The notes under the pieces are model-generated. The model was not told the DNA's origin. It searched no databases and saw only the letters and a program-made list of their open reading frames with translations. Positions 63,033 through 64,000 of a stretch of 64,000 nucleotides of DNA are shown in pieces (position 1 is the first letter of the stretch; every line of letters begins with the position of its first letter). This DNA is from Clostridiales bacterium. GTDB lineage: Bacteria > Bacillota > Clostridia > Christensenellales > Borkfalkiaceae. The stretch covers positions 11,339 to 75,338 of the forward strand of contig JALETB010000094.1 in NCBI GenBank assembly GCA_022781715.1, in the 5' to 3' direction. The position numbers and the translations under genes are program-made.

Positions 63033-63458
63033 ATGAAAAATAGAATGTTGATAAAATTCGATTCAGTATCCGAAAACGAAGGTTTTGCAAGAAACGTCAT
63101 CGCCTCGTTTCTTTTGCCGCTCAATCCCGGAATAGGCGAATTGACTGATATAAAAACAGCCGTTTCGGAAGCGGTGACGAACGCTATAGTTCACGGATAT
63201 CCCGACGCCGTCGGAGAAGTTACGATGCTCGCCGAAACCGACGGCGAAAACGTACATATCGTTATTTCGGACAGCGGAGTTGGAATCGACGATCTCGAAG
63301 CGGCTTTGGAGCCGTTTTACACCACAAAACCCGACGATGAACGCTCGGGTATGGGATTTACCATAATCAAAACTTTTATGGACGAAGTTAAGGTGATATC
63401 CAAACAGAACGTGGGAACAATCGTCGATATGACTAAACGTCTTTCTTCCGTTGCCTGA
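63033..63458 (+). CDS. spoIIAB: Anti-sigma-F factor (serine kinase, HATPase_c)
   Basis: 141 aa with N-box EAVTNAIVHG, and G-boxes DSGVGI and GMGFTI. Confidence 0.93.
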   Translation: MKNRMLIKFDSVSENEGFARNVIASFLLPLNPGIGELTDIKTAVSEAVTNAIVHGYPDAVGEVTMLAETDGENVHIVISDSGVGIDDLEAALEPFYTTKPDDERSGMGFTIIKTFMDEVKVISKQNVGTIVDMTKRLSSVA

Positions 63459-63472
63459 CAAGGGAGTTTGAA

Positions 63473-64000
63473 ATGCTTGAAGCGGAACAAACCGTTTATT
63501 ACTTACGAAAAGCAAAAAAAGGCGACAAAAAGGCAGCCGAAATATTGCTTGAAAACAATTCGCTTTTAATAAAGAGTATAATCCGCAGATTTAAAAACAA
63601 AGGAGTCGATTACGACGATCTTTATCAACTCGGTTGCGTCGGATTTTTAAAGGCGATCAAAAATTTCGATGAGAAATTCGGCGTCGTTTTTTCCACTTAC
63701 GCCGTTCCGATGATCCTCGGGGAGGTGAAGAGATTTCTTCGCGACGACGGCTGCATTAAGGTTTCGAGAATAATCAAGGCGCAGGCGACGCAAATCAATC
63801 GGTACATCGAAGAATATAGTTGCAAGACGGGAGAATCGCCCTCTGTGGACGAAATATCGGCTGCCTTGTCTATTGACAGAGAAGACGTCGTTTTAGCCCT
63901 TGACAGCGCGAAAATGCCCGTTTCGATTTACGATGCGACGGGAGAAAACAACGGCGAGAAGAAAACGGAACTCATCGATAGAATCCCATCCGAAGAAAGA
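63473..64000 (+). CDS. sigF: Sporulation sigma factor F, 5' part (runs off the window)
   Basis: My own translation from ATG 63473 (AGGGAG RBS): MLEAEQTVYYLRKAKKGD...DDLYQLGCVGFLKAIKNFDEKFGVVFSTYAVPMILGEVKRFLRDDGCIKVSR. It is not in the ORF track because there is no stop in the window. Confidence 0.9.
   Translation, partial: MLEAEQTVYYLRKAKKGDKKAAEILLENNSLLIKSIIRRFKNKGVDYDDLYQLGCVGFLKAIKNFDEKFGVVFSTYAVPMILGEVKRFLRDDGCIKVSRIIKAQATQINRYIEEYSCKTGESPSVDEISAALSIDREDVVLALDSAKMPVSIYDATGENNGEKKTELIDRIPSEER

Overview
This is a 64-kb chromosomal segment of a spore-forming Firmicute. Gene order and the sporulation genes (pro-sigma-K, spoVAC, spoIIAA-spoIIAB-sigF) look Clostridia-like. I call about 60 protein genes, nearly all on the + strand, plus consensus-like sigma-A promoters, intrinsic terminators and a perfect CIRCE operator. 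I recognised no rRNA, tRNA, CRISPR array, transposase or integrase. Most of the window is two conserved housekeeping strings. The first is ispG-(PolC position)-rimP-nusA-ylxR-ylxQ-infB-rbfA-nrnA-truB-ribF. The second is pcrA-ligA followed by yicC-rpoZ-priA-def-fmt-rsmB-rlmN-rsgA-rpe. The rest includes valS, rnj, a tRNA-modification pair (O-methyltransferase plus U32), rhaB and rhaA, groES-groEL, peptidases, dxs and rny. The most unusual content is listed below. (1) A compact putative metal-handling cluster at 14.4-16.9 kb. It holds a COG0523 GTPase with a 107-residue Asp/His/Cys array built from near-identical 57-nt repeats, a degenerate COG0523 paralogue fused to a DUF1980-like CC domain, and a convergent 71-aa protein with 14 Cys. 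(2) A 514-aa protein with a PolC-like N-terminal domain, OB fold and exonuclease but no PHP or polymerase part, sitting exactly where full-length polC normally lies. (3) A 282-bp element bounded by perfect 19-bp inverted repeats, inserted between the mlpA-like stop codon and its terminator. (4) A riboswitch-like leader of unknown class upstream of an NMT1/THI5-type ABC binding protein. (5) An rsgA whose conserved N-terminal domain has no canonical start codon. (6) A membrane plus TPR protein that looks like an M48 peptidase with a dead active site. All functional calls come from reading the translations; no database search was possible.
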